A DNA stretch of 64,000 nucleotides. Origin: an uncultured Alphaproteobacteria bacterium (GTDB taxonomy: Bacteria; Pseudomonadota; Alphaproteobacteria; Rs-D84). Within the stretch, counting starts at the first letter, position 1. The number at the start of each line of letters is the position of its first letter. The DNA is taken from NCBI GenBank assembly GCA_934255455.1, contig CAKQNS010000005.1, positions 1,126 to 65,125 of the forward strand. The letters are read 5' to 3'. Below the pieces are notes generated by a model that was not told the origin of the DNA, made no database searches, and saw only the letters and a program-made list of their open reading frames with translations. Positions 19,539-30,651 of this stretch are shown here, one piece after another. The translations under genes and the position numbers were made by a program.

Positions 19539-19687
19539 GAATTGCATTATTCTGGCCATGACAATCAAATTTATTACTTTTTGTTGTTGTCGTTAATTTT
19601 TGCCACGCAGGCGGGCATATTTCGTTTGCAAAAAATCCAACAATTTATTACAGTTTTCCGTATCAGACAAAGTAAAGGAAGCGAATT

Positions 19688-21121
19688 ATGACATTGAAGA
19701 TATATAACATTATGACACGCCAAAAACAAGAATTCGTCCCGTTGACACCGGGGGCGGTTAAAATGTATGCGTGTGGCATTACTGTGTCGGCTGACGCGCA
19801 CATTGGACACGCGTATCAATCGGTTGTCTTTGATGTTATTACGCGCTATCTGTCATATTTGGGATACAATGTAAAATATGTTCGCAATTATACCGATGTT
19901 GACGATAAAATCATTGCAAATGCCAATAAAATTGGTGAAAATCCCATTGATTTTGCAATGCGATATATGGCAAAGACCGATGCGGAAATGGACGCATTGG
20001 GCAATAATCGTCCAACAATTATGGCGCGCGCAACCCAATGCATAGACGATATTATCGCATTTGTTCAAAAATTGATTGATACGGGTCACGCCTATGTTTC
20101 GGAATTTGGCGATGTGTATTTCAAACTGTCGTCGTTTCCAGATTATGGCAAATTGTCGCATATTCAAACAAACAAGAATGAAATCGGCGTACGCAAGGAT
20201 ATTGAACCGGGCAAACTGGACGATGCAGATTTTGCATTATGGAAATCGGCTAAGCCTGGGGAAATTTACTGGGATTCGCCATGGGGACGGGGACGCCCGG
20301 GTTGGCACATTGAATGCAGTGCCATGAACATGAAATACCTGGGCGAACAGATTGATATTCATGGTGGCGGGCGCGATTTGGTTTTCCCACACCACGAAAA
20401 TGAAATCGCACAAACGGAATCGCTGACGGGGAAAACATTTGCAAACTATTGGGTACATTGTGGCCTGGTCAAGGTAAATGGTCAAAAAATGAGCAAATCA
20501 TTGAACAATGGCATATTGTTGCAAGATGTTTTGGAAAAATACGATGCCGATGTTATTCGATTTGCACTGTTGAACAACATGTATTCAAATGACATTGATA
20601 TTACGGATAATTTTTTTCCAAATGCGATGCGTCATGTATACAAAATGTATTCCGTTATGAACGCGGTACGCGGGCGCGACTATGCGGCGGCAAACGCCGA
20701 TAAAACGGCCCAGATGGTGCAAAACATTGCTGACGAATTCCGCAGTGCTATGGATGACAATTTTAACACATACGGCGTTATTGTAAACGCGTTCAAATGG
20801 TTTGATTTCGTATCGGCAGAATTGGCGAAAAAACAAACCGAATACGATTTGGTCGCAATTGTTGAAAAAATCCGGGAATTGTTCGGTGTATTGAATATTC
20901 TGCAACGCAATCCGGTGGAATATATTGACGCAATGCGTGGTCAAATGTTGGACAAAAATGGTATCACAGCCAACGAAATTCAGGCGCAAATTGATGCGCG
21001 CGCATCGGCCAAGGCGTCGCGTGACTATGCGGCGGCGGACGCAATTCGGGCGGACCTGTTATCGCGGGGCATTGCACTGATGGATTCGCCGACCGGCACC
21101 ACATGGGACATTGTTCTGTAA
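19688..21121 (+). CDS. cysS: Cysteinyl-tRNA synthetase
   Basis: HIGH motif (AHIGHAYQ), KMSKS motif (KMSKSLNN), and a zinc-binding Cys near the N-terminus. Confidence 0.9.
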   Translation: MTLKIYNIMTRQKQEFVPLTPGAVKMYACGITVSADAHIGHAYQSVVFDVITRYLSYLGYNVKYVRNYTDVDDKIIANANKIGENPIDFAMRYMAKTDAEMDALGNNRPTIMARATQCIDDIIAFVQKLIDTGHAYVSEFGDVYFKLSSFPDYGKLSHIQTNKNEIGVRKDIEPGKLDDADFALWKSAKPGEIYWDSPWGRGRPGWHIECSAMNMKYLGEQIDIHGGGRDLVFPHHENEIAQTESLTGKTFANYWVHCGLVKVNGQKMSKSLNNGILLQDVLEKYDADVIRFALLNNMYSNDIDITDNFFPNAMRHVYKMYSVMNAVRGRDYAAANADKTAQMVQNIADEFRSAMDDNFNTYGVIVNAFKWFDFVSAELAKKQTEYDLVAIVEKIRELFGVLNILQRNPVEYIDAMRGQMLDKNGITANEIQAQIDARASAKASRDYAAADAIRADLLSRGIALMDSPTGTTWDIVL

Positions 21122-21203
21122 ATTGTGCACCGTTTTGCACACTTTTATCTTGAATCTGGGGCAATTTTGGTGTATATTGCCCCCAGCAACAAGAGGATTA
21201 TTC

Positions 21204-21725
21204 ATGAATTACCCATATATGCCAAAATCCACTGCACTTTGGTTGATTGAAAACACTGCATTGACATTTGAACAAATCGCTGATTTCTGCGGCTTGCATG
21301 AATTAGAGGTTAAAAACATTGCCGATGCCGAAACATATAAAATTCAGGGTTTGAACCCAATTCTGAACGGTCAATTGACACGCGAAGATATTGAACGGTG
21401 CGAGGCCGACCCGTCGGCACGTCTGACATTGCGCGAAGAAATCGTCATTGCGCAACAGGCCCAGAACAAGAAAGGTGTTGGTTATACACCAAAACTGCAT
21501 CGCCAAAATCGTTTGGGCGGTATTTTGTGGATTATCAAAAACTATCCTGAATTATCCGATGGTCAAATTGCCCGCCTGATGCGCAGCACCAACCCGACGG
21601 TTGCATCAATCCGCAACAAAACCCACAAATCTTATTCTTTGATTCAGATTCAAAGCCCGATTGTATTGGGTTTGGTGTCGGAATCTGCGGTGCACGATGC
21701 ATTGGCCAAAGTAAAGAAAAAATAA
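21204..21725 (+). CDS. Conserved hypothetical protein (DUF1013-like)
   Basis: SD aagagga. 173-aa hydrophilic protein; the family assignment is from memory only. Confidence 0.4.
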   Translation: MNYPYMPKSTALWLIENTALTFEQIADFCGLHELEVKNIADAETYKIQGLNPILNGQLTREDIERCEADPSARLTLREEIVIAQQAQNKKGVGYTPKLHRQNRLGGILWIIKNYPELSDGQIARLMRSTNPTVASIRNKTHKSYSLIQIQSPIVLGLVSESAVHDALAKVKKK

Positions 21726-21765
21726 GATAAAATCGGAAACACAATATAATTCGAAGGGGCGGTTT

Positions 21766-23850
21766 ATGGCCAAAAAATTGGATGACGCAACGAAACTGTT
21801 AATTGAATCGTTGCCGGAAAATTTGCAGAAACTTGCAACATCTGCGGTCGAGGTGGGATACTTATCCCAAATGGATTTTAATGCCGCAACCGAAGCGGAC
21901 GAGGTTCCCGCCGAAGAGCAAGAAGAGGTCTTGGATTTCTTTCAGCAAGATTTGGGATTGGAAATTCTGGAAACCGACAATTATTCCCAAGATTTGGAAA
22001 AGTATTACGAGGATGATTCCGACGAACCGCGTGATAAAACCCGCAATTTATTGAATGCCGATGCCGAACAGGTCGATGTAAACGACGACGATTACGAACA
22101 CTATGCCAAACAATTGGAACGCAGCCAGACGGGTAATCTGGTGCTGGGCGTCCAGGATTCGGTACAGTCGTATTTGAAACAAATCGGCACTGTTCAATTG
22201 TTGACCGCCGCAGGCGAGGTTGCCATTGCCCAACGCATCGAGGCCGCCACCCGTCTGATGGTTTATGGCCTGTGCGAAAGCCCAATGACAATTCAGGCGA
22301 TGCTTGATTGGTACCAACAATTGTTGAACGAGGATATTCGCCTGCGTTATATTTTGAATTTGGAAGTGATGTATTCATCTGAATCCGAACAGAAATCATT
22401 GGCCGCATTGTCCGAGGCATTGAAATCCAAGGGCGTTGAACATGTCGATGAATTGGATGACGACGAATTGGATGATTTGGAAGAATCCACCACCGACGAC
22501 GAAGATGATGACGACGACGAGGACGATGATGACGACGATGGCATCAAAAAAGAAGATTCTCCGCGTGGTACATCTGGCGTGCCAATCCCAGTAATGGAAG
22601 AGGCGTTGATGCCAATGGTGACCGAACTGTTCACCAAGATTAAACGCATATTTAACAGTATGCAGAAATTGCAGACCAAACGTTTGGAAAACTTGCAAAC
22701 ATCATCAAAACCGGACGAAGCATTGGAAAAGAAATATGCCAAAATGCGTCTGGAACTGTTCGAAAATGTCAGCAAAATCCGCCTGAACGACGACCGTATT
22801 GCAGAAATTCTGGAACATTTGACACAACGCGACCAATTGCTGATGGGGCTCGAGGGTAAATTGTTGCGTCTGGCACTGGCGAACAAGATTAAACGCGAAG
22901 ATTTTTTGGCCGAATATACCGGAAATGAATTAAACCGCAACTGGGTTAAAAAGTTGATGAAACATAAAAACCCGGCGTGGGTGAACTTTGCGAAAAAGCA
23001 CGAAAAAGATATTTTGAAAATCCAAGACGACATCACCGCCATTGCGCGTGAAACCGGCCAACCAACCGCCGAATATAAAAAGGTTGTTGAATTGGTTCGC
23101 CGTGGCCAGACCGAGGCCGCCCGCGCTAAACGCGAAATGATAGAGGCGAACCTGCGTCTGGTTATCAAATTTGCGAAAAAATCCAGCAACCGCGGTTTGG
23201 GGTTGGATTTCTCGGACCTGGTCCAGGATGGAAACATTGGATTGATGAAGGCGGTTGATAAATTTGATTATCGTTTGGGGAATAAATTTTCCACATACGC
23301 GACAAACTGGATTCAACAGGGCATATCGCGCAGCATTGCCGACCAGGCACGCACGATTCGTATTCCTGTGCACATGATTGACAACATTCATAAAATCCAG
23401 CGTGCGTCGCGTCAATTTATGCACAAATATGGTCGCCAGCCAACCGCCGAAGAATTGTCCAAGATTATTTACCTGCCGGTGGACAAGATTCACAAGGCGA
23501 TGAAGGTAAATCTGAAACCAATTTCACTCGAGGCGCCCGTTGGAACCGAGGACGACAGCAGCCGTATTGAAATCATCGCGGACGAAACGGCGAAAAATCC
23601 GTTTGTGTCGGCCGCCCAGAAAAACCTGCGTAAAATCGTCACGCAAATTCTGTCGGAATTGGATCCCAAGGAAGAAACCGTTTTGCGCCAGCGTTTCGGG
23701 ATGAGCACCAACAAAACCAGCACACTGGAAGAGGTCGGTGAATACATCGGCGTCACCCGTGAACGCATCCGCCAGATTGAACAAAAGGCGTTGATGAAAC
23801 TGAAACACCCAACGCGCGCGCGAAAATTACGCAGTTTCTTGGAAGACTGA
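21766..23850 (+). CDS. rpoD: RNA polymerase sigma-70 factor RpoD with a long acidic insert
   Basis: Regions 1.2 to 4 are present ([13 protein letters not shown]..., region 2 [35 protein letters not shown], region 4 [24 protein letters not shown]). Insert [32 protein letters not shown]. Confidence 0.9.
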   Translation: MAKKLDDATKLLIESLPENLQKLATSAVEVGYLSQMDFNAATEADEVPAEEQEEVLDFFQQDLGLEILETDNYSQDLEKYYEDDSDEPRDKTRNLLNADAEQVDVNDDDYEHYAKQLERSQTGNLVLGVQDSVQSYLKQIGTVQLLTAAGEVAIAQRIEAATRLMVYGLCESPMTIQAMLDWYQQLLNEDIRLRYILNLEVMYSSESEQKSLAALSEALKSKGVEHVDELDDDELDDLEESTTDDEDDDDDEDDDDDDGIKKEDSPRGTSGVPIPVMEEALMPMVTELFTKIKRIFNSMQKLQTKRLENLQTSSKPDEALEKKYAKMRLELFENVSKIRLNDDRIAEILEHLTQRDQLLMGLEGKLLRLALANKIKREDFLAEYTGNELNRNWVKKLMKHKNPAWVNFAKKHEKDILKIQDDITAIARETGQPTAEYKKVVELVRRGQTEAARAKREMIEANLRLVIKFAKKSSNRGLGLDFSDLVQDGNIGLMKAVDKFDYRLGNKFSTYATNWIQQGISRSIADQARTIRIPVHMIDNIHKIQRASRQFMHKYGRQPTAEELSKIIYLPVDKIHKAMKVNLKPISLEAPVGTEDDSSRIEIIADETAKNPFVSAAQKNLRKIVTQILSELDPKEETVLRQRFGMSTNKTSTLEEVGEYIGVTRERIRQIEQKALMKLKHPTRARKLRSFLED

Positions 23851-23901
23851 TATTTTCCCCGCCGGCGTCGGTGGGGTATTTTTTACAAAGGGGATAAATA
23901 T

Positions 23902-24564
23902 ATGAGACGAACTCTTTTAATATGCACCGGCCCATCGGGCAGCGGTAAATCGCATTTTATTAAAAATATCTTGCCCGATGGATTGTTCTATAACCTGAAA
24001 TCGGCAACCACACGCCCCATGCGTGATGGCGAGGTTGACGGTCGCGAATACTATTTCCGTGATGAATCATATTTTGACCACACCCCAATGGCAACGCATC
24101 TGTGGGTAAATGAACAGTTTTGGCAACCAGGCCAGCCAAAATGGTTGTATGGTGTTCCAGAAAGCGAGGTTGCAAAACATCGCGGCCAACACCTGGTATA
24201 CGATGTGATTCAACCACGATATGCGCGCCAATTGATAGATTGGTTTAATGCAAATGGTTTGGGGTGGGATTACGATTATCGTGTGGCGTATTTCTTGCCG
24301 CCGGTAAACAATATGGAAATGGCCCACGCGCGTGCAAATATGCCAAATGATACGGATGTACGCCGCACGAACACATGCCTGCCTGCGGACTTTATGAACG
24401 CCGATTTGGGCATAGATTATATATTGCAACCAACCAACGGCAATATACCCGTTGCAATGCGCGGGTTTATATCGGCGCTGGCGGTGCGTGCGGGTGTTCC
24501 GTTTGAAAAAATCAAACACATTTTCCCGACCCGGGAATTTTTGGCCGCCGTCAATACACGATAA
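23902..24564 (+). CDS. Guanylate-kinase-family P-loop protein (divergent)
   Basis: P-loop CTGPSGSGKSH and the GMP-binding motif SATTRPMRDGEVDGREYYF. The C-terminal half is not obviously Gmk-like. Confidence 0.5.
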   Translation: MRRTLLICTGPSGSGKSHFIKNILPDGLFYNLKSATTRPMRDGEVDGREYYFRDESYFDHTPMATHLWVNEQFWQPGQPKWLYGVPESEVAKHRGQHLVYDVIQPRYARQLIDWFNANGLGWDYDYRVAYFLPPVNNMEMAHARANMPNDTDVRRTNTCLPADFMNADLGIDYILQPTNGNIPVAMRGFISALAVRAGVPFEKIKHIFPTREFLAAVNTR

Positions 24565-24590
24565 AAAACGCCCCACAGGGGCGGTTTTTA
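24565..24590 (+). terminator. Rho-independent terminator (aaaaacgccccacaggggcggttttt)
   Basis: Hairpin plus T-run after the Gmk-like gene. Confidence 0.6.
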
Positions 24591-24595
24591 TAGAG

Positions 24596-24780
24596 AGCAA
24601 TGAAGTGCGCCATTCGGCGCACTTGTTCTATTTCCGTCGCGGTCTAAATTCCCCTTCGCTGGGCGAAGGGGTGGCCGCGCAGCGGCCGGGGTAGTGGTAT
24701 AAAACAAGTGATAGAGTGATAAAGTTTTTTATTCTAACACTCTATCGCTTATTCACTCTCTCGCTCCATCACTCTATTCG
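24596..24780. repeat. Intergenic cluster of GC-rich hairpins plus an inverted array of AGAGTGATA-type heptamers
   Basis: Hairpins gtgcgccattcggcgcac (24605..24625), ccccttcgctgggcgaagggg and ggccgcgcagcggcc. Then AAGTGATAGAGTGATAAAG (24706..24724), and on the other strand CACTCTATCGCTTATTCACTCTCTCGCTCCATCACTCTATTCG (24737..24779). Confidence 0.7.
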
Positions 24781-25751
24781 TCGCTTCCGTACAGGAATTC
24801 GCCGGTGCCGGAATTGCCATAAAATTTTTGTTCAATTATGTCCCACATACCGTTTTGCGGTACCGTGTAATCACCAATTTTTAACCCACATGGCACTGGT
24901 ACGAAATGACGCACCAATGTGTCGTCCTCGTATATTTTTACATCGTATACATACATAAAATCATTTGCGGAATATGGATGTACTGCGTATCCTCCGTTTT
25001 TGGCGGTGTCGCGATAGCCAAATAAAATTAATGAATCTGTTGTGTTGACGGTTATCGTTTGAGCAGATAGATTTGCGGCGATTGTTGCGTATTTAAATAA
25101 TTTGTTTTTTGCATCTAGTACCGTTGTTTGGCGAGTTGTTTTTTGTTGTCTGGTAATAGACAAGCCACGTATCGCCACACAACCAAAATAATAATTACAT
25201 AACCATGGATATAGTACAAAATTTTCGGTGACAGCACCACCAAAATTTACTTCGTATGCTGTTTTTGAGACAGCATTGTAAAAACCAAATATTGCAGGAT
25301 GTGCACCACTTGGGTGAAACGCGTCATCACTGAACCGTACATCCATTTCTGTGCGCGTGGTTGTAGTTGGTATGTGTTCTGTGTCTATGTATTGTGTGCC
25401 GGTTGATGCCAGATAAACTTCGCCGTTCACGCCCGTCAATTTACCATCAGATATACCATAATCAATGATGTTGTAATTAACGCTGTGGTCGGCGGGCAAA
25501 TCAGAAACGGCATAGTAATCGGTGTCGGCCTGTTGTATGCGCAGGTATTTATCACTGGTTGCGTTCATGGTGGTGGGGCACCGCGTCAGGTTTCCGTACC
25601 ACATTTCGTCGCCGATTTTTACATTTAATGCCGGGGTGGTGTTTTTTGTTTCGTATAATTGCATCGTGTCGTCGCCAACATGCAATACGCGCGCATGCAC
25701 TGCCGTACAACATACAATCATACCGATAAAGATAATCCAACGCCGCCACAT
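24774..25751 (-). CDS. Secreted hypothetical protein (paralog family B; shares a C-terminal domain with the ORF at 62712..64000)
   Basis: Signal peptide MWRRWIIFIGMIVCCTAVHA. RVLHVGDDTMQLYETKNTTPALNVKIGDEMWYGNLTRCPTT aligns with RILHAGNHTIYLRNTKKTTPSLNVDINGTVFYGNMTRGTT of the right-edge ORF. Confidence 0.65.
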   Translation of the reverse strand: MWRRWIIFIGMIVCCTAVHARVLHVGDDTMQLYETKNTTPALNVKIGDEMWYGNLTRCPTTMNATSDKYLRIQQADTDYYAVSDLPADHSVNYNIIDYGISDGKLTGVNGEVYLASTGTQYIDTEHIPTTTTRTEMDVRFSDDAFHPSGAHPAIFGFYNAVSKTAYEVNFGGAVTENFVLYPWLCNYYFGCVAIRGLSITRQQKTTRQTTVLDAKNKLFKYATIAANLSAQTITVNTTDSLILFGYRDTAKNGGYAVHPYSANDFMYVYDVKIYEDDTLVRHFVPVPCGLKIGDYTVPQNGMWDIIEQKFYGNSGTGEFLYGSDE

Positions 25752-26019
25752 ACTGCTATTTCCTGTTCCGCATGAAAAAAATACCACCGGAACGAATTCA
25801 GGTGGTTGGAGTTTAAGCACAATATTAGGAATTGCGTTGTTTATTCGGTATATTCACAACACTCCAACCACATAACATGGTTGGAATTTTATCGTCTTGG
25901 ATTGACGCCTAATATGGGTTATCAAGCCCATTGACGGAACACCCGTCAACAGTTATACCATAGCATACGCGTTGCCAAAATACAATGTAAAAAATCCGGC
26001 GATTTTGCCGGATTCAAAT

Positions 26020-27951
26020 TTAATTGATATGATTTTTCAGTGAAAGATAAATTTGCCCCAAATCGGTTTTTACCAACGCCGCCGATACTTTGTCGGGCGT
26101 GTCGGTATTCTGCGCGCTGGTCATTATTTTATCAAAACTGCGCACGAATTGGGTTGCCTGGGAACGGAACACACTGTCAGATTTCAACATGTCGCGAATT
26201 TGTTTTTTATCCGCCGCCGCCATCATTTTCGCCAGCCATTTTGAAAATATGGTTTTGTCGCCCGCATGAAATTTTTTCCACACTACATCGGGAATGTCGG
26301 CGCCGGTTGCACGCGTTAAATCCAATGACAATTCGTGCATTTTTTCAAATGCGCGCTCGGCCTGTTTCAGAAAATCAGCCCCACTGACGCGCGCCATGGT
26401 TGCGGCGGCCGGTGCGGTGCCAATTGCGTCCATGGGGGCGGATGCGCGTGCGACCATCATTTGCTTGTTCAATGTCTGCATGGTGTTCACGGCCTTGGCA
26501 TAGTCGGACATTAAATCTATCATTTGCTGACGCGATTGTCCCGCCAAATCTTCCAATTTAACCGCAGATTCCGCAACCGCAGTGGTCGATTCGGCAACAG
26601 TGTTTTTCATCAAATTGATTTTTTCGTTCAGTGACGCGACAACCTGTTGCAATTTGTCGCCTGCATCGACCGAGCCCTGGGACAAATCGGGCAGAGCCGA
26701 ATAATACTTTTCTATCAATTCGGACAGTGGTTGCAATTGCGCGGTTGTTTCCGACGACATTTTTATCAGGCTTTCTGATTGTTTTGACAATTGTGTGTGC
26801 GCCGTGTTCATTTCTATCAGTGTTTCGCGCACGCTGGTCGCCATAACGCGTACCGATTCCGAGAATTTCCCCGCCGCCGTCTTGGTATTGTCCAGTGTGG
26901 TATTCGCAACGCCAGACACGGTTTTCAATTCCGACACAACATCAGTCGCGAATTCCTTGATTTCGCCATTGAAACGGTTGGTCAATGTGGCCAATTCGTT
27001 TGATATGTTGCGAACAGATGTTTCGGTGCGCGCCGCACTGTCCATCAATGATTCGACTGCGTCGGTCAATTTGCGAACCTGTTTGTCCAGCGACGATTCC
27101 GCCAGGCGCACCTGGCCACCAACAACATTTGCGGTGTTGGTCAATGTATTCATTTGTGCGGTCAGTTGTTTTTTTGTTTGCTTGCTGAACGCGTCCATTT
27201 TTTCCAAGTGCGAATCCAACAATTTGTCGTTATTGGTCATCAGTGTTTCGTAATCTGTGGCGGCGGTTTTCACATTGGTAAACCCATCGGCCACCGATGA
27301 TGACAATTCAGACAATTTTTGTTGCATGTTTTCGGATTGCGCGGCCAGATTTTTCATCTGTTCATCATTTACTGCAAATTCGTTTTTCAAATTATTATCC
27401 AGTGTTTCACTGGTGGCAATCCACCCATCAATTTGCGATTGTATTGTGCCAATGCGTTCGGTTGTATTGTGTGTCGTCGTATCAATTTTTGCCAATAATT
27501 CATTGACAGTTGTATTAAATTTGTCGGTTGTGTTTTGTACATCAACCCATCCGGCGGATATAACAACATTTTGCAGCCCCAGTACCGTGTTTTCCAAACG
27601 CTGGGACATAACGGCAACTTTCTTGGTTGCATCATCGGCCAATTCAACCAGTTTTTCGTTTTGCACCCCCAGGTTGTTTTTCATTTCCTCGGCCGTGGCG
27701 ATTTGTGCATTTAATGTGTCGCGCATGGTTTGAAAACTGGATTCTATTTTTGCAATTTCGCCCGCCAATATGGTTTCCAGCACGCGTGCGGCATCGGCGA
27801 CCTGGGCCCGTTGTGGGTTGGTCATCAATTGTAATAACGATTCCATAACGCGTTGACTGCGTCGTGAAACGAAAAATACAACGCCCAGTGCAATTGCCAA
27901 TAATCCACCCAAAACACTGCTGATAATTATAATTACTTGTGAAATGTCCAT
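26020..27951 (-). CDS. Membrane-anchored coiled-coil protein (643 aa), hypothetical
   Basis: N-terminal TM helix ISQVIIIISSVLGGLLAIALGVVFFV, then a long Thr/Asn/Leu/Gln-rich predicted coiled-coil. Terminator hairpin at 25989..26015. Confidence 0.6.
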   Translation of the reverse strand: MDISQVIIIISSVLGGLLAIALGVVFFVSRRSQRVMESLLQLMTNPQRAQVADAARVLETILAGEIAKIESSFQTMRDTLNAQIATAEEMKNNLGVQNEKLVELADDATKKVAVMSQRLENTVLGLQNVVISAGWVDVQNTTDKFNTTVNELLAKIDTTTHNTTERIGTIQSQIDGWIATSETLDNNLKNEFAVNDEQMKNLAAQSENMQQKLSELSSSVADGFTNVKTAATDYETLMTNNDKLLDSHLEKMDAFSKQTKKQLTAQMNTLTNTANVVGGQVRLAESSLDKQVRKLTDAVESLMDSAARTETSVRNISNELATLTNRFNGEIKEFATDVVSELKTVSGVANTTLDNTKTAAGKFSESVRVMATSVRETLIEMNTAHTQLSKQSESLIKMSSETTAQLQPLSELIEKYYSALPDLSQGSVDAGDKLQQVVASLNEKINLMKNTVAESTTAVAESAVKLEDLAGQSRQQMIDLMSDYAKAVNTMQTLNKQMMVARASAPMDAIGTAPAAATMARVSGADFLKQAERAFEKMHELSLDLTRATGADIPDVVWKKFHAGDKTIFSKWLAKMMAAADKKQIRDMLKSDSVFRSQATQFVRSFDKIMTSAQNTDTPDKVSAALVKTDLGQIYLSLKNHIN

Positions 27952-28032
27952 ATCCGCTCCCCTGATAAATTCATTGTTCTTGCAGAACATTGAAATTTAT
28001 ACTAGAATTTACCAAATAAAGCAAGGGTATAA

Positions 28033-30651
28033 ATGACACAAAAAAGCGCTTTGACACCGGCCCAGGATACGGCATCAAACCCAACGGAAAATGTATGGGT
28101 CCAGGCGAACGCCGGGACCGGCAAGACTTGGGTTTTGGTGCGTCGTTTGTTGCGTATTTTATTTCGCACGGAATCAATCAACACCAGTGGAATTTTATGT
28201 CTGACATACACCAATGCGGGGGCGGGCGAAATGCGCAATCGTATTTTGTCGGCGTTGCGTGAATGGGCAATGAAATCAGACGATGAATTGGTGGAAATGT
28301 TGCACGGAATTGCACTGAACCCTGTGCCAAATGCCGCCGATGTTGCGCACGCGCGCGAAATATTTTTTACATACATTGACAACCCCGACATATTGAAAAT
28401 AAAAACCATTCATGGTTTTTGCGAGGAAATATTACACCGTTTTCCGATAGAGGCGGGCATTTCCCCGTCCTGGTCCCTGGTATTTGATGCGGCACAACGC
28501 GTTTTATTACAAGATGCGTTCCAGCGATTGATAAAATCATCGGGCGATGTGCGTACCAACGATGCGTTTGCATACATAGTCGGGCGTATTTCCGAAACAT
28601 CAATGGGCGAATTATTAAAGACGCTAAGCGAGCAATATAAACACTTTTTTGATGTTGAAAATCTTGACAACTATCGCAAATACTTTGTTGATACGACGAA
28701 ACAATTTTTGCAATTGAATGTGCCGATTCAAACCGAAATTGATGCCGACGCATTGCAAAAAATCATCGATTTGACCGAAATTGATATAAAATCGACGAAA
28801 AAGCCGGCAAAATATATGTTCGATATTGTTAATAAAACAAAACAGTTTATTGACAATACTATTGATTTTGACGAATATAAAACCGCGTATTTAACATCGA
28901 CTGGCACACCACAAAAATCGGTATCAAAAAAGGAATATTTAACAGCCGAACAAAAACGCGTTTATGAACTGAACCAGTATTATGCAAATCAAACCATATT
29001 TAACGACACGGTTGCGTTGTTTGATTTGGCGGCGGCGTTTGCGCGCATATATCGCGATTTGAAACACGAACGAAATTTGTTGGATTTCGAAGATATGATT
29101 TTGTACACGCGGCGGTTGTTTGCCCAGCCCGAAACAATGGGATGGGTGTTGTCGCAATTGAATATTTCGTTGTCGCACATTTTGGTGGACGAGGCCCAAG
29201 ATACCAGCCCCGCCCAGTGGGATATCTTGCGTATGTTGTCGGGTGATTTTTTTGCCGATGGCGATACGGCGGCACATCAACATTCATTGTTTGTTGTGGG
29301 TGATACAAAGCAATCTATATACGGGTTCCAGGGTGCCGATCCAAATGCGTTTGCAACCAGTCGCGCGGAAATTGCCGCACAAATATCCAACAATATGCGC
29401 ACCATACGCGAGGTCCCGTTGGATCAAAGTTTTCGGTCACTGGGCGCAATATTGCGCGCGGTGGATAAATTTTTTGATGATAAAACCGTTGTTGAAATCA
29501 GTGGCTTTGCAAATAATGCACACAAATGTTTTCGTACAGAATCGCCCGGTTTGGTTGAATTGCACAAATTGGTTTCAAAACAGGATGACGAAACGGATGT
29601 TTCGGATTATGTGCGCGCGATTGCCGACAAAATAAAATCGTTGATTGATTCTGGTGAATACGCATCGCGCGACATAATGGTTTTGGTTCAAAATCGTGTG
29701 CCGATGGCGGCGCCATTGGTTGCCGAATTAAAACGACGCAATATCGATGTTGCGGGCAGTGACCGAATTGTTTTGCCTGATTTTCCGGCCATTCGTGATT
29801 TATTAAATTTGGTCAGATTCTGTTTGAATCCGCGTGATGATTACAGTTTGTGCTGTGTGTTAAAAAGTCCGATTTTCAGATTGAATGAAGCCGATATTTT
29901 TAATATTTGTAAAATTAAAAACGCCGAAAATAAATTGAAAAAATTGGATGACGGCGCAGATGGCGCAACAACTGTTTTTGCGGTATTGGCAAAAACGCAT
30001 TCGGATGTTTATACGCGGTTATGTGACATAATTGAATGGTCGCAAAAAATGTCGCCATACACATTTTTTACCACGGTTTTATCGAACGGTGTGCGGCAAA
30101 GTATGATTGCCGCGTTGGGGGCGCAAATTATTGACCCGTTGGAAGAGTTTTTAACAATATGTTTGGCATACGAGCGTACAATGCCGGGCACATTGCGTCA
30201 TTTCTTGAAATGGTTTGTCACCGGCGACAGTGAAATAAAACGCGATATGGATGCGTCCAGTGGTGTGCGTGTGATGACTGTTCATGGCAGCAAGGGTTTA
30301 GATGCGCGTGCGGTGTTTTTGATTGATACGGTGCGAATTCCGAAAAACGAACATATTTTACCGTTGCCGGTACGCACTGGGGCGGTTCCGTTTCCGGCGC
30401 CGTGGCTGTGGACGCCGCGCAGCAACAATGTGTCGGCTGCGTGCGCCGATGTTTCAGATGCGGTGAAAAAAAACAAAATGGCGGAATATTATCGGTTGCT
30501 GTATGTTGCAATGACACGTGCGCGTGATGCGTTGTTTATATATGGGTTTGAACCGCGCAAAAACGCCCCCGACAACAGTTGGCATACGCAATTGTGGCGT
30601 GTATTCGCAGGCGACGATAATACCGCAGAAACAATCAGGATTACAGAATGA
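28033..30651 (+). CDS. addA: AddA-like UvrD-family helicase (helicase portion of helicase-nuclease AddA)
   Basis: N-terminal NVWVQANAGTGKTWVLVRRLLRIL (Walker A), UvrD motifs (ILVDEAQDTSPAQW, VGDTKQSIYGFQGAD, MTVHGSKGL, LYVAMTRARDALFIYG). Confidence 0.8.
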   Translation: MTQKSALTPAQDTASNPTENVWVQANAGTGKTWVLVRRLLRILFRTESINTSGILCLTYTNAGAGEMRNRILSALREWAMKSDDELVEMLHGIALNPVPNAADVAHAREIFFTYIDNPDILKIKTIHGFCEEILHRFPIEAGISPSWSLVFDAAQRVLLQDAFQRLIKSSGDVRTNDAFAYIVGRISETSMGELLKTLSEQYKHFFDVENLDNYRKYFVDTTKQFLQLNVPIQTEIDADALQKIIDLTEIDIKSTKKPAKYMFDIVNKTKQFIDNTIDFDEYKTAYLTSTGTPQKSVSKKEYLTAEQKRVYELNQYYANQTIFNDTVALFDLAAAFARIYRDLKHERNLLDFEDMILYTRRLFAQPETMGWVLSQLNISLSHILVDEAQDTSPAQWDILRMLSGDFFADGDTAAHQHSLFVVGDTKQSIYGFQGADPNAFATSRAEIAAQISNNMRTIREVPLDQSFRSLGAILRAVDKFFDDKTVVEISGFANNAHKCFRTESPGLVELHKLVSKQDDETDVSDYVRAIADKIKSLIDSGEYASRDIMVLVQNRVPMAAPLVAELKRRNIDVAGSDRIVLPDFPAIRDLLNLVRFCLNPRDDYSLCCVLKSPIFRLNEADIFNICKIKNAENKLKKLDDGADGATTVFAVLAKTHSDVYTRLCDIIEWSQKMSPYTFFTTVLSNGVRQSMIAALGAQIIDPLEEFLTICLAYERTMPGTLRHFLKWFVTGDSEIKRDMDASSGVRVMTVHGSKGLDARAVFLIDTVRIPKNEHILPLPVRTGAVPFPAPWLWTPRSNNVSAACADVSDAVKKNKMAEYYRLLYVAMTRARDALFIYGFEPRKNAPDNSWHTQLWRVFAGDDNTAETIRITE

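Noticed and set aside
22347-23237. 296-aa minus-strand ORF (Ser-rich)
   Set aside because: It is antisense to rpoD. The poly-Ser run mirrors the acidic GAT/GAC repeats of the sigma-70 insert.
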